32,000 nucleotides of DNA from Promethearchaeum syntrophicum. Its GTDB lineage: Archaea; Asgardarchaeota; Lokiarchaeia; Sigyniarchaeales; Promethearchaeaceae. Each line of letters begins with the position of its first letter. Within the stretch, counting starts at the first letter, position 1. Location of the stretch: contig NZ_CP042905.2 of NCBI RefSeq assembly GCF_008000775.2, positions 3,360,001 to 3,392,000 on the forward strand. The letters run 5' to 3'. The position numbers and the translations under genes are program-made. Positions 17,525 through 27,236 of this stretch are shown here, piece by piece. The notes beneath the pieces were generated by a model, which saw nothing but the letters and a program-made list of their open reading frames with translations, had not been told where the DNA came from and did not search any database.

Positions 17525-19597
17525 ATGAAACTATTACTAATTCATTCAAAAAACGCCTCTATGGAAAAAAAAGGGAAAGCTACATCCAAACCTCAAGAAT
17601 ATAAAAAAAAAACTCTTGAACTTGAGGGAAAAGTTTTGGTTTGTTTCGTTTCTGTAGAAGATCAAGATACTTTTGATATTAATATTATTTCAAATCAAGC
17701 TGCTGATGAAATAAAGAACAGTATTGAATTAATTGAGACCTTTCCAGAGAAAATTGAAGAACAAAATAAAGAAATTACAAAATTTAACAAAGGTCTGAAA
17801 GCAGCCCAAGAAAGAGGATTTCGTAAAAATGAAAATCCACGTGCTAAAAAGAAGTTACTATTAGATCCGGCTCAATATAAAGTAGATAAGATTTTAGTAT
17901 ATCCTTGGGCTCATTTAAGTAACTTTCTTAGTCAAGAAAAGACTGCTCAAGACGTGTGCCCTACAATTTCTAAACTTTTAAAAAAAGAGGGATATGATGC
18001 GTACTATTCACCATTTGGGTGGTATAAAGCCTTCAATTTAAATTGCTTAGGACATGAAGTAGCCGAAATGTATCGAGACGTCCCTTTAGCTTTACTTTCA
18101 ACTGAAGTTCGCGCAAAATCTGTATTTAAAATAGTTAATCCTGATAAATCTATAGTAGATTTTTGCACAAGTGATGAAGAAAGTAAGAAAAATGCAAAAA
18201 TCCCTAAGAAATATTCGAAGGATTTCAAGGATTTTATTACTTCCGAAGTATTAAGCTCGCGTGAAGCCGGAAAACAAGAACCTGCTCATATAAAACTTAT
18301 GCAAAAATTTGAATATGCAGATTTTGATGATGCAACGGATGCAGGTAATTTTCGATGGTATACAAAAGGTGTACTAATTAAAAACTTAATTCGAGATTAC
18401 GTCGAAAATAAAATGGTTGAGATGGGTGCAATATATGTAGATACCCCAATAATGTATACAGTAAAAAATAAAAAATTAACTGCACAAACTGCGCGCTTTC
18501 CTGCAAAAACCTATTGGCTTCATAGTGGAAATAATAGATATTTATTAAGATTTGCTTGTGATTTCCTACTATTTAATATGTTTTCACAAATGCATATTCG
18601 AGAAGAACATCTACCTATTCCTGTTTATGAATATGAAACATATGCTTTTAGACGAGAACAAGCAGGAGAATTAGCAGGCTTGCGTAGATTACGCACATTT
18701 ACAATGCCAGATACGCATACACTCTGTCGGGATATACCTCAGTCAGTGGAAGAATTTAAGAAGCAATTTCTCGTTTCTAATCAAATTTTGAATGATCTGG
18801 GATTGAAATCCTTTATGGTAATTCGCACAACGGAGAAATTTTGGGAAGAACATAAAGATTGGATTTTGGAAATAATTACCTCAGAGGGAGAACCCAGTTT
18901 AATCGAATTATGGCCAGAAAGGTACTATTATTTCATTTTAAAATATGAACGCCCAGTATTATCTGCTCAAGGAAAAACCGCTTGTTTATGTACAAACCAA
19001 ATTGATGTAGAATCCGCTCAAGATTTCATAACTCAATATGGAGAAAAACGAATGAAATATAATATTAATTGGCATTCCAAAGACAATAAAACAGGACATC
19101 CAGTTATTCTCCATAATTCTCCTTCGGGCGCAGTAGAACGAATTATTTGGGGTTTATTAGAAACAAGTGCACGTTATGAGAAAGAAAAGGTAACAGGAAT
19201 TAAAACTTGGCTTAGCCCAATTCAATGTCGAGTAATGGCAATTTCTCAAAAAGAAAGCGATTATGCAGAAGAAATTCTATACCAACTTAATAAGAAAAAT
19301 ATCAGATGTGATTATGATGATCGGGATGAAAAAATCGGCAAGAAAATAAGGACGGCTGAAACCGAATGGGTCCCATACACGATAATCGTTGGAAATAAAG
19401 AAGTTGAGAATAAGACGGTTTCCGTTCGAAAAAGATTAATCGGACAACCATTAGTTGATGGAAAAACAAATGATCAAATCAACGATATTTCACTAAAGAA
19501 ATTAATTTCATTAATTGAAAAAGATCTGAAAGGTTTACCAAGACGCGCTTTACCAATTCCATTCCAAAGGTTAAGCACTCGAATTTCTTTCAGATAA
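17525..19597 (+). CDS. thrS: Threonyl-tRNA synthetase, archaeal type
   Basis: Archaeal N-terminal domain start MKLLLIHS and KILVYPWAHLSN. Catalytic core YLLRFACDF, YETYAFRREQAGELAGLRRLRTFTMPDTHTLC, GHPVILHNSPSGAVERIIWGLLE, and anticodon-binding C-terminus. Confidence 0.95.
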   Translation: MKLLLIHSKNASMEKKGKATSKPQEYKKKTLELEGKVLVCFVSVEDQDTFDINIISNQAADEIKNSIELIETFPEKIEEQNKEITKFNKGLKAAQERGFRKNENPRAKKKLLLDPAQYKVDKILVYPWAHLSNFLSQEKTAQDVCPTISKLLKKEGYDAYYSPFGWYKAFNLNCLGHEVAEMYRDVPLALLSTEVRAKSVFKIVNPDKSIVDFCTSDEESKKNAKIPKKYSKDFKDFITSEVLSSREAGKQEPAHIKLMQKFEYADFDDATDAGNFRWYTKGVLIKNLIRDYVENKMVEMGAIYVDTPIMYTVKNKKLTAQTARFPAKTYWLHSGNNRYLLRFACDFLLFNMFSQMHIREEHLPIPVYEYETYAFRREQAGELAGLRRLRTFTMPDTHTLCRDIPQSVEEFKKQFLVSNQILNDLGLKSFMVIRTTEKFWEEHKDWILEIITSEGEPSLIELWPERYYYFILKYERPVLSAQGKTACLCTNQIDVESAQDFITQYGEKRMKYNINWHSKDNKTGHPVILHNSPSGAVERIIWGLLETSARYEKEKVTGIKTWLSPIQCRVMAISQKESDYAEEILYQLNKKNIRCDYDDRDEKIGKKIRTAETEWVPYTIIVGNKEVENKTVSVRKRLIGQPLVDGKTNDQINDISLKKLISLIEKDLKGLPRRALPIPFQRLSTRISFR

Positions 19598-19619
19598 TTT
19601 TCTTCATTTTTTTCTTATC

Positions 19620-20948
19620 TTATACTTTACTGAAATCAATTTTTATAGATTTTCCTTCAGGCCAAGATCCTCTTAAAAGAATATCTTTTGATGGTTTGTG
19701 CTTTTCAATTATTGGAAAACCTCCTATTTTTTCTAGCTCTTGTGCAAAATCTAGAAGATCTTTAAAATTCGGTCCAAAATCACGCAATGTATGGTCTCCC
19801 TTGAATTTTCCTAACCGTTTTTCCAAATTTAAAGCGCTTGCCTCAATGGTAAATCCCTTAATATCAATAAAATTTGGATTTGCCATTTTTAGGAGTTTCA
19901 CATAATTAGGAACCATGCCTAAATTAATATTAAGAAATTTTACAGAAGTAATTCTTATAACTGTTCTACAGGAGAGAGTTGGAATAATCCTAAGGGTTTC
20001 CATTAGGTTTTCCCAAGCATTTTTAGTAAGAGGTCTGGAAATCTTGATAAAATCTTGTTTTGTAGGGGCGGTTAAAGTTACATATAATTGAGTGGGTAAT
20101 TGATTTTTTTCTACTAATTTCTTTAAAACCTCAGGTTGGGTTCCGTTTGTTACAATAAAAGTACACATATTTCTATTACGAAATTCGGTTACAAGCTCGC
20201 CGATGGCTGGGTATAACATTGGCTCTCCCGCGAGAGAGATGGCAGCATGTTTAGGAACTTCTGCATTTTTAAAAACTTTATCCAAATCTTCTTTTGTAGT
20301 AACGTCTTTAGCAATTAACTGATCAATTTCTTCATACGATTGAATCTTGTTTTTAATTTCATTTTGTAAAACGTATTTATCTTCAGTAGGATTTTTTAAA
20401 ATTGAACAATTTTTTAAAACTAAAACAGCTCTATGAATTTTTGTTCGAGTAGTATTTAAAATCTTAGCCAGATCCAGCTCTCCAAATACGATATCAGCAA
20501 GATTTTGCTGTTTTATGGTATCATGATAAGTATATAGTATTTTGTGCATTAAATCTAAATTATCAATTGATTTTTTCTTGGTTATATGCTCAAAAATTAA
20601 ATTCTTTGAATGCCTAATCATTTCTCTAGCAATTACCTTGGGAGAATCCATCGGACCCTTCCATTCGGGGCCAAATGATGCATTTTCGTAATCACGCCAG
20701 CAAAAAACACACTGATGATTGCAAAATGGAAGAGTAGGTGTGTTTTGGATACATGTTTCTGATTCAATTCCAAAATACCCTTTATAGCAGTTCCGATTTG
20801 ATCTACCGGTAAGTAACTTCTGTTCTTGCCAATGGCATGGCTTGATTGCAGAATGTTTTAAAGGTCCGATAATTCTATAGTTTGATTTCATGTATGATTT
20901 GACTAATTTTTCTTTATCAAATCCACTTTGAATTGTTTTTTTTTCCAT
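19620..20948 (-). CDS. taw1: Radical-SAM tRNA 4-demethylwyosine synthase (Taw1/TYW1)
   Basis: CIQNTPTLPFCNHQCVFCWRDYEN radical-SAM CxxxCxxC motif, HISLAGEPMLYPAIGELVTEF (AISLAGEPMLYPAIGELV), FIVTNGTQPEVL, YVTLTAPTKQDF. Confidence 0.95.
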   Translation of the reverse strand: MEKKTIQSGFDKEKLVKSYMKSNYRIIGPLKHSAIKPCHWQEQKLLTGRSNRNCYKGYFGIESETCIQNTPTLPFCNHQCVFCWRDYENASFGPEWKGPMDSPKVIAREMIRHSKNLIFEHITKKKSIDNLDLMHKILYTYHDTIKQQNLADIVFGELDLAKILNTTRTKIHRAVLVLKNCSILKNPTEDKYVLQNEIKNKIQSYEEIDQLIAKDVTTKEDLDKVFKNAEVPKHAAISLAGEPMLYPAIGELVTEFRNRNMCTFIVTNGTQPEVLKKLVEKNQLPTQLYVTLTAPTKQDFIKISRPLTKNAWENLMETLRIIPTLSCRTVIRITSVKFLNINLGMVPNYVKLLKMANPNFIDIKGFTIEASALNLEKRLGKFKGDHTLRDFGPNFKDLLDFAQELEKIGGFPIIEKHKPSKDILLRGSWPEGKSIKIDFSKV

Positions 20949-21020
20949 TATAATATAGAGAAGTAGAATGTTCGATGAAATAATTATTTTTTTATTTATA
21001 AATTTCGAATAAAATCAAGA

Positions 21021-21344
21021 TCAATCAAGATCTAACCCCTTACTCTCATCTGGATAAGCTATTAACAAAAAATGTTTAATATCTACAGATTTTTCCTTTA
21101 TGAATAATTGAACTTCAGTTTGGGCAATAAATTCATCGCATTTTGATTTCAGATATTCTTCCTCTTCATCTGATAACATATCCTTACCGAATTTATCCCA
21201 AGCCATTGTATATAAGTATGACCAGATTTGCTCTTTAATCTCATCTTGGATTTTTGTTCCGGTTTGTAGAATTTCAATCCAATAAATATCTTCAAAAGAA
21301 ATCTCTTGATATTTGAAAACTGAAAGATTAATTTCTGGGAACAT
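21021..21344 (-). CDS. Small acidic uncharacterised protein
   Basis: 107-aa ORF between well-supported same-strand genes; no motif recognised. Confidence 0.6.
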   Translation of the reverse strand: MFPEINLSVFKYQEISFEDIYWIEILQTGTKIQDEIKEQIWSYLYTMAWDKFGKDMLSDEEEEYLKSKCDEFIAQTEVQLFIKEKSVDIKHFLLIAYPDESKGLDLD

Positions 21345-21391
21345 TACTTATTAAATAACAAAAAAGAAGAAGATAAAAACATTAGGAAAAA

Positions 21392-22513
21392 TTAGTATTT
21401 TTCAGATAACACAGAAGTTAAAACCATGATTCCTCCTCCAATTGCTAACATTAAACCCGCCAAATTGTAAAAGGAAGCAATTATTCCTAATATTAATTTC
21501 ACAATCCCTATCCACAAAACAATGTCTTTTATTTGCTTTTTATAAGAAAATAATTGGACTACTATGAGATCAATTAAGAGTGCTGCAATTGCGATGAAAA
21601 AATATGTTTTGGTAATGGAATCCATTTCATTTATTAAGAAAATAGAAGGTCCAAGGATTATAAACCCAAAAATCGAAGAAAATTTATTTAAAATTGAAAG
21701 TAACACTTCTCCAAAGGATTTTTTATATTTATTTGAAAAGAAAATTGCCCGATCAGCTATGGCAATAATTAAAACTAAAAATGCTTTAAAACAAAGAAAA
21801 ATTCCTGCACCGAATGCAAAAAATGATCCCAATATCCCTACAATCAAATATTCCAATCCATAATTTGTTAAATCATGGCGTTCAATTCTTTTCCTTACAT
21901 AAAAATAATCATAAAATAATATAATTAAGCTAGCAACTAACGGCACCAGTGATTTTAATAATTCTGTAGAAAATCCAGGTGTTCCAATAAGGGGGATCAT
22001 TTTCATAAGAATTACTACTCCTATAACTAAGACCCAAATAAGCTCTAGAATTGCTGTTGTCATATTCATTCGATGAAAATAGGAATATTTTCCAGTAGAA
22101 GGTTGAAAACCTCTTTGGAAATTTGATTTTTTTGGAACTTTATCCCTGTAAATATTTTGATATGGAATATCATGTGTTTCACTTTTCTCTTCTTCATAAG
22201 GAGGAGGATTAGAAGGTTTTTCCAGAGAGGATTCATTTTTCAATTTCTTCTTAACTTCATTATATTGAATCTCAACGTTTTCTTTTATTATTTCCCCCCC
22301 TTTTTTAAGACTATGCCCTAAACTTTTTCCAATTTCTTTCCAATTCTTCTTAGCAGAATCTGATTTCCCTTCAATTTTTACTGTTTTCGTTTTAATCATT
22401 TTTCCGCATGTTTCACAATAGATTTTTTTACCTTGAATTAGGAGATCTATTTGTTCTTGGCTGATTGTGCTTCCACATTCAGTACAGAACAGTTTATTTG
22501 CATTTTCATTCAT
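21392..22513 (-). CDS. Zinc-ribbon membrane protein
   Basis: N-terminal CTECGSTISQEQIDLLIQGKKIYCETCG zinc ribbon, charged linker, then multiple TM helices. Confidence 0.8.
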   Translation of the reverse strand: MNENANKLFCTECGSTISQEQIDLLIQGKKIYCETCGKMIKTKTVKIEGKSDSAKKNWKEIGKSLGHSLKKGGEIIKENVEIQYNEVKKKLKNESSLEKPSNPPPYEEEKSETHDIPYQNIYRDKVPKKSNFQRGFQPSTGKYSYFHRMNMTTAILELIWVLVIGVVILMKMIPLIGTPGFSTELLKSLVPLVASLIILFYDYFYVRKRIERHDLTNYGLEYLIVGILGSFFAFGAGIFLCFKAFLVLIIAIADRAIFFSNKYKKSFGEVLLSILNKFSSIFGFIILGPSIFLINEMDSITKTYFFIAIAALLIDLIVVQLFSYKKQIKDIVLWIGIVKLILGIIASFYNLAGLMLAIGGGIMVLTSVLSEKY

Positions 22514-22642
22514 TTTTTCGTATATTCCATACTTAGTTTTTTGTTTCTATCTAGAATGTAAAATTGATTCTATAAAAATATCGGTATTGGTGTGAATTCT
22601 AATCATTAAAAGTTATTAATAGAGAACGTGAAATAGAATATT

Positions 22643-23665
22643 ATGAAGAAGAAAACCATTTTTTCATGGGTTCTTTTAATCGGATTATCTATTGCTTCTT
22701 CGATAATTGTATTGAACCTTACAGACCAGAATTCCTTGCTTCAGAAGATTTCCCTCGCAATTTCGGTTCTTTTTATAACCAGTTCGATTTTGTTGTTACT
22801 TTTACCGGGTATTAATAAGAGTTTTCTTGAATTTTTCAAAATAAAATATCGCTATTATCTTTTCGTGTTAGCTATACTGGTACTTCCTTTAATCAATTGG
22901 TTTTTCATTCCTGATTTTTCTTCCAACCTAAAGAATATTGTAGGTTCTTACTTTCTTTGGTATATTTTACCAGCATTGATTATGATTATACCCACCTTCC
23001 ATATCAACTTAAAACCTTGGGGTCCACTATTTCATATACTAGGTGTTATCTATCTTGCAATAGGATTTGATGATCGATATACAGATCCCACAATTAGTGG
23101 ATTTATCGATTTGGGTTATAGTTTCAATGCATTGTGGGTGTCGGCCTTATGTCTCGCCATTATCTCTATTCAATTTGATGAATATTTAGAATATTTTAAT
23201 TGGGACTTTGATCTGAAAAAAATTGGTTTTCCAATTGGTATTTTATTTTCATTCGCAATAATTGTCCTTCCCGTGGGTCTTTTAACAGGATTTTTAGTAT
23301 GGAACCCAACTTGGGAGGGAATAGGAATGTTTCTATTAACTTTCCTTGGGATTTGGTTTACGATTGCTTTGCCTGAAGAAGTGATTGCTCGCGGAATCAT
23401 TCAACACCAAATGGTAAATGTAGCTAAAAAAAATCTCTTAAATTTTAAAAAATGGCATAAAATCATAATTATCCTACTCGCATCCTTTATTTTCGGGATA
23501 TCCCATTGGAATAATACCTCCGCAGAATTTATATGGATTTACATTGGTTTAGCAACTGTTGCGGGTATTGGATTTGGGGCATGTTGGGAGAAGTATGGAT
23601 TATTTTCTTCCATGTTGATGCATACTATAATTGATTTTGTATGGGTAATGTGCTTTAAGGCATGA
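22643..23665 (+). CDS. CPBP (CAAX-like) family intramembrane metalloprotease
   Basis: Multiple TM helices with motifs PEEVIARGIIQHQ (EExxxR), FGISHWN (FxxxH) and LMHTIIDF. Confidence 0.85.
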   Translation: MKKKTIFSWVLLIGLSIASSIIVLNLTDQNSLLQKISLAISVLFITSSILLLLLPGINKSFLEFFKIKYRYYLFVLAILVLPLINWFFIPDFSSNLKNIVGSYFLWYILPALIMIIPTFHINLKPWGPLFHILGVIYLAIGFDDRYTDPTISGFIDLGYSFNALWVSALCLAIISIQFDEYLEYFNWDFDLKKIGFPIGILFSFAIIVLPVGLLTGFLVWNPTWEGIGMFLLTFLGIWFTIALPEEVIARGIIQHQMVNVAKKNLLNFKKWHKIIIILLASFIFGISHWNNTSAEFIWIYIGLATVAGIGFGACWEKYGLFSSMLMHTIIDFVWVMCFKA

Positions 23666-23710
23666 AATGTCTTTTTTTAGAAAATTTACCTTTACTAATT
23701 TAGATTTTGA

Positions 23711-24883
23711 TTATAAACTCATTACATTCCCAAAAGGAGGAACCTTAAAAAGATCATTATATCTTCTTAGAAGCTCGGTATTAACATTCAAAGAATTGTC
23801 TACCTTGTTAATTAAGTTCATACTAATCAAGTTTTTAATGTGATATTGTATTGCACCATGATAGACTCCTAATCGTCTGGCAACCTCTGATAACCCCACT
23901 TTTTCCTTGATTAAAATCATTAAGATGTTGGTAACTAGAGGATTTAAGAACAACACCACAAAATCATCAAATATTTCAGGCACATTTTCTAAGAAGTAAT
24001 TTTGAGTTCTCCCAATCCGTTTAGAACGGACCAAACCGAAAGCTTCAAGCACCATTACATGCTTAATAAAAGGATTTCTGGTAATATGCAATTCCTCCTC
24101 AATTAAAGTATCTCGTGCATGAGTCCCTGGGTGTTCATGAATGAAATTAAGAACATTTTTTAATGTTTCTGCTTGAAGAATCTCTCTTCTTGTTCGACGC
24201 TGTTCTGTAACCATCCATTTATTCTGAATTAAATCTTTAATACAAGCAAAAATTGATTCTTTTGAAAACCCTTGAGTATGGGTCAACCGTGCAATGCATT
24301 TGGAATATAATTGCTCTACTAACGGACTCATAGTTTCGACTCGATCTACTTCAAGGCTTGAATTGTATTTTTTCTTCTTTAAAATTGATTTGGCGATATC
24401 AAGAACACTCTTTTCTAAGGTTGAAAGGTTTTCATATTCTCTTTCAAGTTTCTCAATTGGATTTTCTTTAGCTTCAATTAATTGATCGATTGTATCATCT
24501 ATTGAAGGAACTATTTCATTTTGAAGAGGAGTTGATATTTCAGGCGAAATTGCACTTTCAGATTCGCTTAATGTTGGGAATGGTTGAAAAACGGTCGGTT
24601 TAATTCCTTTTAAGTCTTCTTGTTGTTCTTTGTTTTGATGAGTTATGATTTGCTTTATATTTTTAGTTCTGCTTTTCTCATCAATTTCGGATTCTGTACC
24701 GGGAAATGGTTTAAATTCTTGTTTTAATGGTTTGATTTCAGGAGCAGATTTAGTTTTAGAGGGATAGAGACTGGATATAATTTCTTCCTTTTGTGATTTA
24801 GTAGAGGTTTTATCTTCTTCAGATTTAATATTTTTATCCCCAGTTTTCGGTTTTTTGGGTCTAATTATCTGTTTTTCTGACAT
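23711..24883 (-). CDS. Tandem winged-helix (ArsR/MarR-like) transcriptional regulator
   Basis: C-terminal wHTH-like modules: NVLNFIHEHPGTHARDTLIEEELHITRNPFIKHVMVLEAFGLVRSKRIGR and LSEVARRLGVYHGAIQYHIKNLISMNLINKV. Charged, presumably disordered N-terminus. Confidence 0.8.
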   Translation of the reverse strand: MSEKQIIRPKKPKTGDKNIKSEEDKTSTKSQKEEIISSLYPSKTKSAPEIKPLKQEFKPFPGTESEIDEKSRTKNIKQIITHQNKEQQEDLKGIKPTVFQPFPTLSESESAISPEISTPLQNEIVPSIDDTIDQLIEAKENPIEKLEREYENLSTLEKSVLDIAKSILKKKKYNSSLEVDRVETMSPLVEQLYSKCIARLTHTQGFSKESIFACIKDLIQNKWMVTEQRRTRREILQAETLKNVLNFIHEHPGTHARDTLIEEELHITRNPFIKHVMVLEAFGLVRSKRIGRTQNYFLENVPEIFDDFVVLFLNPLVTNILMILIKEKVGLSEVARRLGVYHGAIQYHIKNLISMNLINKVDNSLNVNTELLRRYNDLFKVPPFGNVMSL

Positions 24884-24889
24884 TTACTT

Positions 24890-26695
24890 CTACTCTGATT
24901 TTACTGTGTTCTCCAAAAACGATATGAATTCCTCTTGGTTATGTTCCGGTAAATAATCAAGTTGTTTAGCTAGAAATTTGTGTTGCTTTTCAGAAATGGG
25001 GAGTGCATAAATTCTTCGTAACATAACAAGATTATCTTCATCAAATCTCTTATTTACACGTTCTAACTCATCTAAATATTTTAATTGTTTTTCATACGTT
25101 AAATAAATAAAAGATTTGGCAACTTCCGCTTTTTCATCTTCTTCAATTTGCAAATCTAGTAATCTTCTTCTGACATCTGGCTCCAATACTGTAAAAATTC
25201 GTTTTTCGTAAAAAGAAAATTCATCCTTTTTTATTGGTTGTTCTGGAGGCGATTTTTGAATTGGGGCAGAAATAGGTGTTATGGTATCTAAAGGTTTTCC
25301 GGTATTAGGATCGAATTTTCGTTGTTTTCTTCCTTGTTCTGAAAATCCTTCAACATCTTCTGAATCTTCTCCTTTTTTCCCCTTAGCAACCAAATGAAAA
25401 CGAAGTTTTCCTATATCAATTTTTGTGGGTAATGGTTTCTTTAGCTTTTTTACACTATTTCTTAGATCTATATATCCGATACCAAGTATTAAAAGTAAAA
25501 CTCCCATTCCGTAGCTCAAGGATAACGCACCAACTATGATTAAAATTATTGCCTTATCTTCAGGGAAATTTTCAATATTATCTTTTTTAATCAACGGGAA
25601 AATTTTAATATTTAACATTACTACTATTACAGAGCCAGATATTATAACATATAGCAGATAGCCTAAAGACCCTGATCCTCCGCTTAATGAATTTCCTATA
25701 TTAGTTAAGATTGCTGAGAAGAAGTATACTAAAGTTAAAGGTTTTAGAACGATAATGATACTTTTATAAATTTCTCGTTTCCAAAGAGTAGAACCAAAAT
25801 CGTCATCTTGGAGTGCAGGATGAAGGGGATTTTGATGTTTCGTAATCTGAATATATTGAATTAAATGCAAGATTCCACGAGCCAGGATAAAAACTCCAAT
25901 CCCAAATGAGTGCAAGGAAAAGGTTCCGACTATAATCATTGGAATTCCGACGTGGTCTACTTTATTTTGTTTTTCTCCAGGAATAATTGTTTTAAGATCA
26001 TATCGTATAACGAAACCCTCGATTACAATTGATCCCAATGCATAAAATACTCCTGACCAGGAATTTGTAATCATAGAAATAATAGTAACTATAAAAATAA
26101 AGGCATAATAGAAGGGAGATAATTGAATCAGTACATCTAATGCTGTATTGAATCCGTGCTCAACATCAGCAATTTTTTTTGGTGATTCCTCAATAAGAAC
26201 AGTTCTTTTAGCACTTCCTTCAGAGTCAGTGGAAGAAACAGTTTCGATATTTACATGAACCCTTGGACTTTTGATTTTAGATATTTGAGCTTGTGTTAAT
26301 TCATTGGCTTTTTGTCTCTGTTTTTGGATTATTTCTCTGTTTTTCTGTACTACTTGCTTTGATTTGGCTTTCCATTTCTTTTTCTGGGTTGTAAATTCAT
26401 CTTTTACAGTATTTTTCCAGCGATTAAATTCAGTTTTCCATTTCAGCCATTGATCTTCTTCTTTACTAAGTTTCTTTTTTTCTGCTGTATCTTGCTTTTT
26501 GGAATCTGATTTGATTAGCGGTTTAACATCACCTTTTTTTGAGTCTATACCTGTAAAAGGAAAGCCACAATTCTCGCAATAGGCATTAGAACCATGCATT
26601 ATAAGGTCAACTAACTCAGGTGTAATTTTTGAGCCGCACTCGGGGCAGGAAATAGATTTTTGCCCTGTATTTTCTTCTGGCATATTTTTTTTCAC
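24890..26695 (-). CDS. Zinc-ribbon membrane protein, paralogous in architecture to 21392..22513
   Basis: N-terminal CPECGSKITPELVDLIMHGSNAYCENCG, Lys-rich coiled region, then several TM helices and a long cytoplasmic-like C-terminus. Confidence 0.8.
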   Translation of the reverse strand: MKKNMPEENTGQKSISCPECGSKITPELVDLIMHGSNAYCENCGFPFTGIDSKKGDVKPLIKSDSKKQDTAEKKKLSKEEDQWLKWKTEFNRWKNTVKDEFTTQKKKWKAKSKQVVQKNREIIQKQRQKANELTQAQISKIKSPRVHVNIETVSSTDSEGSAKRTVLIEESPKKIADVEHGFNTALDVLIQLSPFYYAFIFIVTIISMITNSWSGVFYALGSIVIEGFVIRYDLKTIIPGEKQNKVDHVGIPMIIVGTFSLHSFGIGVFILARGILHLIQYIQITKHQNPLHPALQDDDFGSTLWKREIYKSIIIVLKPLTLVYFFSAILTNIGNSLSGGSGSLGYLLYVIISGSVIVVMLNIKIFPLIKKDNIENFPEDKAIILIIVGALSLSYGMGVLLLILGIGYIDLRNSVKKLKKPLPTKIDIGKLRFHLVAKGKKGEDSEDVEGFSEQGRKQRKFDPNTGKPLDTITPISAPIQKSPPEQPIKKDEFSFYEKRIFTVLEPDVRRRLLDLQIEEDEKAEVAKSFIYLTYEKQLKYLDELERVNKRFDEDNLVMLRRIYALPISEKQHKFLAKQLDYLPEHNQEEFISFLENTVKSE

Positions 26696-27011
26696 TAGGT
26701 TAATTCTTAAATTTTATAAGATTTTTCTCATTCTTATGTTATTTTTAGACCAGTCGTTATCAGATGAATTTACAAAAAGATTCCTATGTATAATTTTTAT
26801 GTAGATCGTTATGAAATTTTCGAAAAATGATCTCTTAGAAAAAACACAATGATTTTTTGTATATTTTCTAACTGAGACACTTCAAATACTTTTTTTTACT
26901 TTTAATAAATAGGATAATCTTACAATAATATCGTATTTTAAATATTTAATATAAGAAGTATCTTACAAGCAACAAACAAAAATCACACGTTATTAATAGT
27001 TCTACAGATGG

Positions 27012-27035
27012 AGTCGGTTTCCCCCAACCGGCTCT
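27012..27035 (+). terminator. GC-rich hairpin followed by T-rich tract (intrinsic-terminator-like or end of small RNA)
   Basis: GAGTCGGTT (27012-27020), loop TCCCCC, AACCGGCTC (27027-27035); 9 bp with one G:U, followed by TGTCTTTTCTCTTTTT. Confidence 0.55.
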
Positions 27036-27236
27036 GTCTTTTCTCTTTTTAAATTCCTTTGCTTATTTAATAATAATTTCTTATTAGAATTTAATAATTG
27101 TAGTAAAAATTTTATTATTATTATCTTTGACGTCTCCTAGTCTAACTTATTCCAAGATAAAAAGAAGAGAATTAAAATTTAGAATGATAACAAATGATAA
27201 AAATTTAAATAACATTGTTATCATTAATTTATTAAT

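Noticed and set aside
17525-19597. Initial impression of prolyl-tRNA synthetase
   Set aside because: The MKLLLIHS N-terminus, YSFRREQ.GEL.GL.RLR.FTMPD.HT-type motif and GHPVILHNSPSG are threonyl-tRNA synthetase features.
19696-19905. Plus-strand ORF within taw1
   Set aside because: Antisense to the conserved radical-SAM gene; no independent support.
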